Of a stretch of DNA of 64,000 bases, positions 31,909 through 41,055 are shown in pieces (position 1 is the stretch's first letter; every line of letters starts with the position of its first letter). Position numbers and translations under genes: made by a program. Under the pieces are notes generated by a model. The model ran no database searches, had not been told where the DNA came from, and saw nothing but the letters and a program-made list of their open reading frames with translations. Source of the DNA: Erysipelotrichaceae bacterium (lineage in GTDB: Bacteria; Bacillota_I; Bacilli_A; ML615J-28; CAG-313); NCBI GenBank assembly GCA_015059015.1, contig SVBG01000008.1, positions 21,022 to 85,021 on the forward strand, read 5' to 3'.

Positions 31909-32610
31909 ATGAAATTACCTAAAATTATAATATTTGATGTTGGTGGTACATTAATAAAAGGAACTTGGCAAGATAGTATTTTAGGATATACATATTTATA
32001 TGATGAAGTATTAGATGTAAAAGAATCACTTTATGATTATTTAGATTTTGTTAAGGGAATGTTTTATATAATTAAAAAACGTGATACTTGTGACTTAGAA
32101 TTTAATTTTAAATCTTTTTTTAATTATTTAAAAGATTTATATGGGCTAAAAACAAATAAATCTTTTGAAGAAATTGAATATACTTTTGCGAGAAAATTTT
32201 ATAGTCCAATGTTAAATGACAATGTGATTGAACTTCTTGAATATTTAAATAATAAAAAAATCTCGCTTTATGTACTTAGTAATAGTATGTATTCCACTAA
32301 TTGTGTTGAAAAAGAATTAGAAGAAGTTGGCATTAGAAAATATTTTTTACAAGTAATTTCATCTGGTGATCACTTAGTTAGAAAACCAAGTCCTGAACTA
32401 TTTAAACTATATTTAAAAAAGTTTGATATGATGGGGTATAAAGTAACTGACGTTTGTTATATTGGTAATGATGCATATTTTGATATTACGACTCCTGTAA
32501 AACTAGGAATGAAGGCAGTTCATATTAGTAATAAAGATGTTAAGCATGATGGATATTTAGAGATAAGTAATTATTTAAAATTAATAGAAGAGTTTGATAA
32601 AGATGAATAA
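31909..32610 (+). CDS. HAD-superfamily hydrolase
   Basis: FDVGGTL, LSN, RKP, YIGN...DI motifs. Confidence 0.85.
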   Translation: MKLPKIIIFDVGGTLIKGTWQDSILGYTYLYDEVLDVKESLYDYLDFVKGMFYIIKKRDTCDLEFNFKSFFNYLKDLYGLKTNKSFEEIEYTFARKFYSPMLNDNVIELLEYLNNKKISLYVLSNSMYSTNCVEKELEEVGIRKYFLQVISSGDHLVRKPSPELFKLYLKKFDMMGYKVTDVCYIGNDAYFDITTPVKLGMKAVHISNKDVKHDGYLEISNYLKLIEEFDKDE

Positions 32611-33229
32611 TGAATATTTAGAGTTTAAAACGTTATTAGAGAGCATTAAACAAAGTGGTAAAAAACCTACTTTATTACTTCATTCTTGTTGTGGACCATG
32701 TTCTAGTTATGTCCTTAACATGTTAAAAGAGTATTTTAAGATTACAATTTTTTATTATAATCCTAATATTTATCCACATGAAGAATTTATAAAAAGATAT
32801 AATGTTCAAGTTGATTTAATTAAAAAAATGAATCTTAACATTGATGTTATCATGATTGATGAAGATTATAGTGTGTATTTAGATGCAGTAAAGGGATTTA
32901 CTAACTTAAAAGAAGGTAGTATGAGATGCTACAAATGTTATGAATTTAGAATTAAAAAATTAAGTGAATATGCATCAATTAATGGATTCGAATATTATTC
33001 TACAGTTATGAGTGTTAGTCCATATAAGAATAGTAAATGGATTAATGAATTAGGAATTATTTATCAAGATAAAGCATTGTTTTTATATTCTAATTATAAA
33101 AAAGAAAATGGATATCAAGAATCTATTAAATTATCTAAACTATATGATTTATATAGACAAGACTGGTGTGGATGTGAATTTTCATTAAAAGAGCACGAAG
33201 AAAGAATAAATAATAAAATAAGCGAATAA
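32603..33229 (+). CDS. queH: Epoxyqueuosine reductase QueH
   Basis: LLLHSCCGPCS, YNPNI.P..E, RC..CY..R, YRQ..CGC.FS. Confidence 0.9.
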   Translation: MNNEYLEFKTLLESIKQSGKKPTLLLHSCCGPCSSYVLNMLKEYFKITIFYYNPNIYPHEEFIKRYNVQVDLIKKMNLNIDVIMIDEDYSVYLDAVKGFTNLKEGSMRCYKCYEFRIKKLSEYASINGFEYYSTVMSVSPYKNSKWINELGIIYQDKALFLYSNYKKENGYQESIKLSKLYDLYRQDWCGCEFSLKEHEERINNKISE

Positions 33230-33252
33230 AAATCGCTTATTTTTTAAATATA

Positions 33253-33321
33253 ACCGCAAATCTTTTTAATAAAATACCACAAATCCTTTTAATAAAGCAC
33301 CACAAAATACTTAAATAAAAT
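33253..33321. repeat. Three 23-bp degenerate tandem repeats
   Basis: acc(g/a)caaa...aataaa units start at 33253, 33276, 33299. Confidence 0.75.
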
Positions 33322-33405
33322 CAAAATGGTTTATTTAAACATTATTACTTGAAAAATAAGTTAATTTATGGTAAAATAAATAAAGATAAAAAATGAGGTG
33401 ACTTT

Positions 33406-36078
33406 ATGTTTAAAGGATTAAAAAAATTATTTGACCCATCATATAAAGAATTAACAAGATGTGAAAAGATTGCTGATAACGTTATTGCTCTTGCTGATAC
33501 TTATAAAGCAATGAGTGAAGAAGAACTTAAAAATCAGACTAATATTTTTAAAGAACGTCTTGCAAATGGTGCATCTTTAGATGATATTATGGTTGAAGCG
33601 TTTGCTACTGCAAGAGAAGCATCTACAAGAGTACTTGGGATGACTCCTTTTAGAGTGCAAATCATTGGTGCTGCTGCAATGCATTTTGGTAATATTGCAG
33701 AAATGAAAACAGGTGAAGGTAAAACACTTACTTCTGTTATGGTTGCATATTTAAATGCATTAACTGGTCGTGGTGTTCACATTGTTACAGTTAATGAATA
33801 CTTAGCAACACGTGATGCTACTGAAATGGGTGAAGTTCATAAATATTTAGGACTTACAGTAGGCTTAAACTTAAGAGAATATAGTAGTGAAGAAAAACGT
33901 GCTCAATATGCATGTGATATTACTTATTCTACAAATAATGAACTTGGATTTGACTATTTAAGAGACCATATGGTAGTTTATAAAGAAGATATGGTTCAAC
34001 GTCCTGAATTATTCTTTGCTATTGTCGATGAAGTTGACTCAATCTTAGTCGATGAAGCAAGAACACCATTAATTATTTCTGGTGGTGCTAAACAAGGATA
34101 TAATTTATATGAACAAGCTAATACATTCTGTAAAAGACTGACTGAAGATGTTGATTTTGAAATTGATGAAAAGTCAAAACATGCATCTCTTACTCCTGAA
34201 GGGATTGTTAAAGCTGAAGAATATTTCCATTTAGATAACTTATATGATATTAGTAATGTAGAATTATTACATCGTATTAATAATGCATTAAGAGCTAATT
34301 TCATTATGAAAAATCAAGTAGACTATGTTGTTCAAGATGGTCAAATTATAATTGTTGACCCATTTACTGGTCGTTTAATGCATGGTCGTCAATGGAGTGA
34401 AGGTCTTCATCAAGCTATTGAAGCAAAAGAAGGCGTTGAAATTAAGAAAGAAACTAGAACTCTTGCTACTATTACATTCCAAAATTATTTTAGAATGTAT
34501 GCTAAACTTGCTGGTATGACAGGTACTGCTAAAACTGAAGAAGAAGAATTTAGAGATATTTATAATATGTTAGTTGTAGAAATTCCTACAAATGTTCCTG
34601 TTATTAGAGTTGATGATCCTGATTTAATTTATTTTTCTGAAAAGGCTAAATATGAAGCAATTTCTGAAGAAATTAAACGTCGTCATGAACTTGGTCAACC
34701 AATTCTAGTTGGTACTATTTCAATTGAAACATCTGAATTGTTATCTTCTATTTTAAAGAGAAAAGGTATTCCTCATAATGTTTTAAATGCTAAACAACAT
34801 GCTAGAGAAGCAGATATTATTTCTCACGCAGGTGAAAAAGGTGCTGTTACTATCGCAACAAATATGGCAGGGCGTGGTACGGATATTAAACTTGGTGAAG
34901 GTGTTCGTGAACTTGGTGGTCTTGCAGTGCTTGGTACAGAACGTCATGAATCACGTCGTATTGATAATCAGTTAAGAGGTCGTTCTGGTCGTCAAGGTGA
35001 CCCAGGATATAGTAGATTCTATTTATCAACAAAAGATGAATTATTAATTCGTTTTGGTGGAGATAGACTTGAAAGAATGTTATTAATGATCACTGATAAA
35101 GATGCATCTGGTGAAATGGCTCCAATTGAATATAAACCATTCTCTGGTGTAGTTGAAAGTGCTCAAAAGAAAATTGAAGGCCAAAACTATGATAGACGTA
35201 AGAGTGTTGTTGAATATGATGAAGTTTTAAGAAAACAACGTGAAGTTATTTATGGTCAAAGAAAAGATATTTTATTCTTAGATGATATTGAACCAACAAT
35301 TTATAAAATGATTGAAAATGTTGCTTATCGTGAAGTTGCAAAATATGCAGACTTAAACGATCCATCAAAAATTGATGCAATTCGTTTTATGAAAGAGTTT
35401 GTTATTAGATATTTTGATCAAGGTTATATTATGGTTCCATGTCCAAAATGTCAAAAAGTTCAACGAGTTCATGATGGTATTCCATCTCGTTGTACAAATC
35501 CTGAGTGTCGTTTAGAATTTACAGTAACAAGACGTAGAGATACTGATGCACAAAAAGCAATTAAAAATACTATTTCAATTGAAGAAATTGAAGGAAAGAC
35601 TTTAGTAGAGGTTCAAGAGTACATTTATAATGTATTAAAAACAAATCTTGATTCTAAAAAAGCTGATGCAGATCCTAATAATTACAAAGAATTCTTAAAA
35701 CGTAATTTATTAAGTGTTGTAGATAAACATTGGATGGATCATATTGATCAAATGAGTACACTTCGTCAAAGCGTTTCTCTTCAATCATATGGTCAAGTAA
35801 ATCCACTTCGTGAATATCAAGAAATTGGTTTTGAAATGTTTAGTAAGATGATTGAATCAATTGAATCTGAAACTGTTGCACTTATTAACTGTAGATTTAT
35901 TCCTGTTACAATGGGTGAACGTGAAAGAGTTGCTAAAATTGTAGGTACATCTGGTGGATCTAGTGATGATGATGGTAAGAGAAAGCCAGTTGTTAATAAA
36001 ACTAAAAAAATAGGTCCTAATGAACCTTGTCCATGTGGTTCAGGTCGTAAATATAAGCATTGTTGTGGACGTAAATAA
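33406..36078 (+). CDS. secA: Protein translocase ATPase SecA
   Basis: MKTGEGKT, DEVDS, ATNMAGRGTDI, QLRGRSGRQGDPG, C-terminal CPCGSG.KYK.CC. Confidence 0.98.
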   Translation: MFKGLKKLFDPSYKELTRCEKIADNVIALADTYKAMSEEELKNQTNIFKERLANGASLDDIMVEAFATAREASTRVLGMTPFRVQIIGAAAMHFGNIAEMKTGEGKTLTSVMVAYLNALTGRGVHIVTVNEYLATRDATEMGEVHKYLGLTVGLNLREYSSEEKRAQYACDITYSTNNELGFDYLRDHMVVYKEDMVQRPELFFAIVDEVDSILVDEARTPLIISGGAKQGYNLYEQANTFCKRLTEDVDFEIDEKSKHASLTPEGIVKAEEYFHLDNLYDISNVELLHRINNALRANFIMKNQVDYVVQDGQIIIVDPFTGRLMHGRQWSEGLHQAIEAKEGVEIKKETRTLATITFQNYFRMYAKLAGMTGTAKTEEEEFRDIYNMLVVEIPTNVPVIRVDDPDLIYFSEKAKYEAISEEIKRRHELGQPILVGTISIETSELLSSILKRKGIPHNVLNAKQHAREADIISHAGEKGAVTIATNMAGRGTDIKLGEGVRELGGLAVLGTERHESRRIDNQLRGRSGRQGDPGYSRFYLSTKDELLIRFGGDRLERMLLMITDKDASGEMAPIEYKPFSGVVESAQKKIEGQNYDRRKSVVEYDEVLRKQREVIYGQRKDILFLDDIEPTIYKMIENVAYREVAKYADLNDPSKIDAIRFMKEFVIRYFDQGYIMVPCPKCQKVQRVHDGIPSRCTNPECRLEFTVTRRRDTDAQKAIKNTISIEEIEGKTLVEVQEYIYNVLKTNLDSKKADADPNNYKEFLKRNLLSVVDKHWMDHIDQMSTLRQSVSLQSYGQVNPLREYQEIGFEMFSKMIESIESETVALINCRFIPVTMGERERVAKIVGTSGGSSDDDGKRKPVVNKTKKIGPNEPCPCGSGRKYKHCCGRK

Positions 36079-36086
36079 TAAAAATA

Positions 36087-36116
36087 AAACAAGCTTAAGG
36101 AAACTTAAGCTTGTTT
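36087..36116 (+). terminator. Hairpin between secA and prfB
   Basis: aaacaagcttaag-gaaa-cttaagcttgttt. Confidence 0.7.
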
Positions 36117-36146
36117 AAATTATACTTTAATAAAAGAGGTTTTGAT

Positions 36147-37250
36147 ATGGAAAAATTTGAAATTGTTAAAGCAAAAGATGATTTTACTAAAAGACTAAAC
36201 GCGATAAAAAAAGTAATTGACTATGATAATTTAAAGTTAAAAATTAAAGAATTAGAAGGTAAAATGCTTGCTGATGATTTCTGAAGTGATCAAGCGAATG
36301 CTTCTAAAATTATTAATGAGTGTAATGAATTAAAAGAGAATTTAAATACTTATGAAAAATTAGTTAATAATTTAGAAGAAATAGCTTTAGTTTTAGATTT
36401 TGATGATGAAGAATTATATTTATTAGTTGAAGAAAATATTAATAATTTAGAAAAAGCTTTAAAAACTTTTGAAAATGAGCTATTATTAGATGGTGAATTT
36501 GATAAGAAAAATGCTATTATTGAACTTCATCCTGGTGCTGGAGGGACAGAGAGTCAGGACTGGGCTTTGATGCTGTATCGCATGTATAAACGATATGCTG
36601 AACGTCATAATTTTAAGTTTGAATTAATTGATTATCAAGAAGGTAATGAAGCAGGTATTAAGAGTGTTACTTTTAGTATGAATGGTCGTCATGCGTATGG
36701 AATGTTAAAAGGTGAAGGTGGAGTACATAGATTGGTTAGGATTTCTCCATTTGATTCTGCGTCACGTCGACATACATCGTTTGTTTCTTGTACTGTTATT
36801 CCAGATATTGATGAAGATATTGAAATTGACATTAAAGATGAAGATTTAAGAATTGATACTTATCGTGCAAGTGGTGCTGGTGGACAACACATTAATAAAA
36901 CTGATTCCGCAGTTCGTATTACACATTTACCTACTGGTATTGTTGTTTGTTCTCAAAGTCAAAGAAGTCAAATTCAAAACCGTGAAAAGGCTATGCAAGT
37001 ATTAAAATCTAGACTTTATCAAAAAGAACATGAAACGCTTGAACAAAAGAAAAAAGAAGCTGCTGGTGAAATGATGGAAAATGGTTGGGGTAGTCAAATT
37101 AGAAGCTATATTTTACATCCGTACTCATTAGTAAAAGATCATAGAACAAATGTTGAAAGTAATCAACCACAAGTAGTATTAGATGGTGATTTAGATGAGT
37201 TTTTAATTACTTATTTACAATGGCTAAAAAAAGGTGATGAAAATGTTTAA
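36147..37250 (+). CDS. prfB: Peptide chain release factor 2 (367 codons) with an in-frame TGA at codon 46
   Basis: AAGAGGT RBS, ATG 36147; one reading frame throughout; HPGAGGTESQDW, RISPF, GGQ, WGSQIRSY motifs; only interruption is TGA 36282-36284. The ORF track shows only the part from 36567. Confidence 0.93.
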
Positions 37251-38166
37251 GAAGATGAATAAAAAACTTAAAAATTTCATTTTTATAAATATTGGAGTAA
37301 TGGGACTTGCACTATCATTTAGTTTCTTTTTATCACCATTTGGTCTTGTTACCGGTGGTATAGGTGGTATTGCAATAAACGTAATTAATATTTTAGAAAA
37401 ATTTAATATTGAAATTAATTCATCTTATCATACAATAATAGAATCAGTTATTATGATGGTAATTAATATTGTATTACTTATACTAGCTTTATTATTAATA
37501 GGAAAAGAATTTTTCTTTAAAACACTTTATTGTTCTATTGCATATCCTATTTATACATTTTTGTTTGGTGAACTTGCAACGCTTGTTAAGTTTACTGAAT
37601 TATTACCCATTAATTCATCTGATATAGGTGGAATGCTAATAATAGTCTTATTTTCAGCACTTCTTAGTGGTGTAAGTATTGGTATTGCAATTAAATATGG
37701 TGCTTCAACTGGTGGTATTGATATAATTGAGAAAATTATGTTAAAGTATTTCAATATTCCATATTCTGTAACTTTATTTGTATGCGATGGAATTACTATT
37801 GTTGCTGCAAGTATACTATCAACTAATTTATTACCTATATGTTATGGTGCTATTTACATGTGGCTAATGGGTAAATTAATTGATTCTGTGGTATTTGGAG
37901 GATTTAGAAGTTATAGTGTATCTATTATCACATCTAAACCAGATATAATTAAAACTTTTATTTTAGAAAATGTAAATCGTGGTTTAACTATAGTTGAAGC
38001 AGAAGGTGGTTATACTGGTAAAGATTTAAAAATGATTATTTGTGTTATGACAAGTAGTGAAGTAAGTTTAGTTAGAGGTAATATTAAAAATCTTGATGAT
38101 AATGCTTTTATGTATATATCACAAACTTCAGAAGTAAGTGGGATCGGTTTTACTAAAGAAAGGTAG
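37243..38166 (+). CDS. YitT-family membrane protein
   Basis: TGGIGGIA, GASTGGIDI, RG.T....GGYT motifs. Confidence 0.88.
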   Translation: MFKKMNKKLKNFIFINIGVMGLALSFSFFLSPFGLVTGGIGGIAINVINILEKFNIEINSSYHTIIESVIMMVINIVLLILALLLIGKEFFFKTLYCSIAYPIYTFLFGELATLVKFTELLPINSSDIGGMLIIVLFSALLSGVSIGIAIKYGASTGGIDIIEKIMLKYFNIPYSVTLFVCDGITIVAASILSTNLLPICYGAIYMWLMGKLIDSVVFGGFRSYSVSIITSKPDIIKTFILENVNRGLTIVEAEGGYTGKDLKMIICVMTSSEVSLVRGNIKNLDDNAFMYISQTSEVSGIGFTKER

Positions 38167-38171
38167 ATATA

Positions 38172-38948
38172 GTGGAAAAAAGTGAAAAATTAGTTTGGAT
38201 AAAAAAGGTTGTTGCAAAGGGTAAAAAGTATTTAGTATATATTAATGATGAAGAAGAAGCTATTACTTTTACTGAAGATCAACTTGTTAATAATCGTATA
38301 ATAAAAGGGATATCTTTTTATGAAAAAGATTGGAAAAAGATTATTAAGTCGTTAGATGAAGGATTGTTATTAGATAAAGCACTAAAGTATATTGATTATA
38401 AACCAAGAACTGAAAAAGAAGTAATTGATTATTTAGAAGAACATAACGCAACACCAACAAATATTAAAAATATTATAAAAAAATTAAAAGAGATTAATTT
38501 TATTGATGATGATAGATATGCTCGTATATTTATTGAAGAAGAAATTCGTCACGAGAAAGGTCCTAATGCGATCAAACATGTGTTATTAACTAAAGGCATT
38601 GATGAAGATATAATTATTAAATATTTAAGTGAATATAGTGATGAACTATTATTTGATAATGCTCTTGATATGGGAAGAAAAACACTTAAAACAGTTGTTG
38701 GATTACCTGTTAGTAAACAAAAAGAATCTGTATATACAAGGCTTTATAGAATGGGATATGATTATAGTATCATAAATCAAGTCTTAAGTATGTTAGAATA
38801 TTCAAGTCTTGACTTTAAAAAGTTAGAAAAAGATTATTTAAAACTTAAAGAAAAAGAAATTGATAGTAATAAAATTATTCAAAAATTGCTTGCTAAAGGA
38901 TATAATTATAGTGATATTAAAAAGGTAATTAGTGATTTAGAATCATAA
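38172..38948 (+). CDS. recX: RecX-family regulator
   Basis: RTEKEV, IDDDRYA, KGP..IK..L..KGI, L.R.GY. Confidence 0.85.
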   Translation: MEKSEKLVWIKKVVAKGKKYLVYINDEEEAITFTEDQLVNNRIIKGISFYEKDWKKIIKSLDEGLLLDKALKYIDYKPRTEKEVIDYLEEHNATPTNIKNIIKKLKEINFIDDDRYARIFIEEEIRHEKGPNAIKHVLLTKGIDEDIIIKYLSEYSDELLFDNALDMGRKTLKTVVGLPVSKQKESVYTRLYRMGYDYSIINQVLSMLEYSSLDFKKLEKDYLKLKEKEIDSNKIIQKLLAKGYNYSDIKKVISDLES

Positions 38949-38988
38949 ATTACCTTTTTTTCTCATATTCTTTTGTGGGAGTGATAAA

Positions 38989-39114
38989 TTGAAACCAAAA
39001 AGGAAACCACAAGGTTTAAGAGACAGTTCTTTAATAGTTAATGAAAGGAATATTGAACAAAATATTAAAAATGAAATTGCAAAAGAAATAAAACCAACGA
39101 AACCAAAAAAATAA
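38989..39114 (+). CDS. Small basic 41-aa protein (not in ORF track)
   Basis: GGGAGTG RBS, TTG start, MKPKRKPQGLRDSSLIVNERNIEQNIKNEIAKEIKPTKPKK*. Confidence 0.5.
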   Translation: MKPKRKPQGLRDSSLIVNERNIEQNIKNEIAKEIKPTKPKK

Positions 39115-39157
39115 ACCATATGTTGGTATTTTTTAATGTATTAGTGTATAATAATAA

Positions 39158-39270
39158 TGTATCTTCAAGGCAGGGTGAAATTCCCGACCGGTGGTGATAG
39201 TCCACAAGCTTAAATAGCATGATTTGGTGAAATTCCAAAACCGATGGTAAAGTCTAGATGAAAGAAGTAA
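39158..39270 (+). ncRNA. FMN riboswitch (RFN element)
   Basis: TCTTC..GGCAGGGTGAAATTCCCGACCGGTGGT..AGTCCAC..GATTTGGTGAAATTCCAAAACCGATGGTAAAGTCTAGATGAAAGAAG. Confidence 0.95.
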
Positions 39271-39293
39271 AAGTATTTGCTTTTAGATTTTTT

Positions 39294-39322
39294 AGTCGCC
39301 TAAAGATATAGGTGACTTTTTT
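39294..39322 (+). terminator. Riboswitch expression-platform terminator
   Basis: agtcgccta-loop-taggtgact plus T-run, just before the RBS. Confidence 0.85.
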
Positions 39323-39336
39323 ATATTGGAGGACGT

Positions 39337-41055
39337 ATGAAAAATAAAAAATTAATTGATTATATTTCAAAAGTTGCAATCTTTTCTGCACTTAGCTTTA
39401 TTTTGTATTTATTTCCAAAGTTTCCACTTCCTTTTTTTCCATCCTTTTTAGAAATTCAATTTTCTAATCTTCCAGCAATCTTAGGTGGATTTGTACTTGG
39501 ACCTCTTGGTGGATGTTTAATTGTAGTAGTTAGATTTGTCTTAAAATTAGTGTTTGGCTTGTCTTCTACAGCAGGAGTTGGTGAAACTGCAGATTTATTA
39601 CTTGGTATTTGTGTTGTATTATCTTCTAGTTTGATATATAAATATAATAAAAATAAACGTGGTGGAATCCTTGCGTTAATATGTTCTGTTATAGTTTGGG
39701 TAATATCTAGTGTATTTGTTAATTACTATATTAATGTCCCTTTCTTTGTAAAAGCTTATTGTGGTGGAGATATTAATGGGCTTGTTGTGATATGTAAACC
39801 AGTAATTAAAGGAATTAATAGTGAAAACTTTTTAGAGTATTATACAAAATTTGCAGTAATTCCATTTAATTTACTTTTATCTGTTATTGTAGGAATTATT
39901 ACTTTCTTTGTGTATAAAAGAATTTCAAATATCTTTAAAAAAGATTTCTTTGCAGCTGGCAAAAAACGTATTCTAGTTATTTGTGATTCATTTAAAGGAA
40001 CACTTTCTTCAAAAGAAGTTGGAGAAATCGTAGTAAATAATGTTAATAAAAATAAGTATATTGCAGAATACTTACCAATTAGTGATGGTGGTGAAGGATT
40101 CTTAGATGCATTATTAATGTGGAATAAAAATTTAAAAGAATATTATGTTATGAGTTGTGATGCATTTAGAAGAGTTAATTCATCTAAATATCTATTTGAT
40201 AAAGAAACTAAAACATTATATTTTGAACTTGCAGAATGTGTAGGTATTAAAGATTTATCTAAAGAAGAACTAAATCCATATCTTGCATCTACTTATGGGC
40301 TAGGTATTGCAATTAAAGAAGCGATTATTAAACATCATCCTTCTAAGATTATTGTAGGTATTGGTGGATCTGCATCTAATGATGGTGGTGTAGGTATGCT
40401 TGAAGCAATGGGGGTTAAGTTCTGTGATAAAGAAGGTAATGTAATATACGGAATGTGTAATGGCAAGTTAAAAGATATTTACGCAATCGGAACTGAATCT
40501 TTTAATAAACTTATAGGTAATATTGAATTTGAAGTTTTAACAGACGTATCTAATCCATTACTTGGTGAAAAAGGTGCAACATATGTCTTCTCACCACAAA
40601 AAGGTGCTAAAAAAGAAGATTTACCTATTTTAGAAGCTAATATGTGTAAATATAATGAGATTGTTAAAAATCACTTCAATAATGATTTCAATATTGTACC
40701 TGGTACAGGTGCTGCAGGTGGAGTTGGATTTGCTTTTGTAGCATTTATGAACGCAAAACTTTCTCTTGGTATTGACGTTTTATTAAAGAGTTATCATTTC
40801 GATGAACTGGTAGAAAAATATGATATTGTTCTTACTGGTGAAGGAAGACTTGATGAACAAAGTTTAAATGGAAAAGTTATTTCTGGTATTATGAGTTATA
40901 ACCCTAAACAATTAGAATTTGTTGTAGGATCTTGTGCAATAGAAGATGTTGTATATACTGTTCATGCGATAGTACCTACTGTTGCAACACTTGATGATGC
41001 TATTAATAAACCTAAAGAAAGTTTAACTAAATTAATAAAAAAAGATTTTAATTAA
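39337..41055 (+). CDS. Fusion: ECF riboflavin S-component (RibU-like) + glycerate kinase
   Basis: First ~205 aa: FP.FL...FS.LPA..GGF.LGP, GVGE.A, PFNL; then DSFKGTLS, SDGGEG, IGGSASNDGG.G, GAAGG, TGEGRLD.QS..GK. Confidence 0.88.
   Translation: MKNKKLIDYISKVAIFSALSFILYLFPKFPLPFFPSFLEIQFSNLPAILGGFVLGPLGGCLIVVVRFVLKLVFGLSSTAGVGETADLLLGICVVLSSSLIYKYNKNKRGGILALICSVIVWVISSVFVNYYINVPFFVKAYCGGDINGLVVICKPVIKGINSENFLEYYTKFAVIPFNLLLSVIVGIITFFVYKRISNIFKKDFFAAGKKRILVICDSFKGTLSSKEVGEIVVNNVNKNKYIAEYLPISDGGEGFLDALLMWNKNLKEYYVMSCDAFRRVNSSKYLFDKETKTLYFELAECVGIKDLSKEELNPYLASTYGLGIAIKEAIIKHHPSKIIVGIGGSASNDGGVGMLEAMGVKFCDKEGNVIYGMCNGKLKDIYAIGTESFNKLIGNIEFEVLTDVSNPLLGEKGATYVFSPQKGAKKEDLPILEANMCKYNEIVKNHFNNDFNIVPGTGAAGGVGFAFVAFMNAKLSLGIDVLLKSYHFDELVEKYDIVLTGEGRLDEQSLNGKVISGIMSYNPKQLEFVVGSCAIEDVVYTVHAIVPTVATLDDAINKPKESLTKLIKKDFN

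Noticed and set aside
36207-36290. Canonical prfB +1 frameshift or selenocysteine insertion
   Set aside because: Both sides of the TGA are in the same frame, there is no CTT-TGA or internal SD, the position aligns with Trp rather than Cys, and I see no SECIS-like hairpin downstream.
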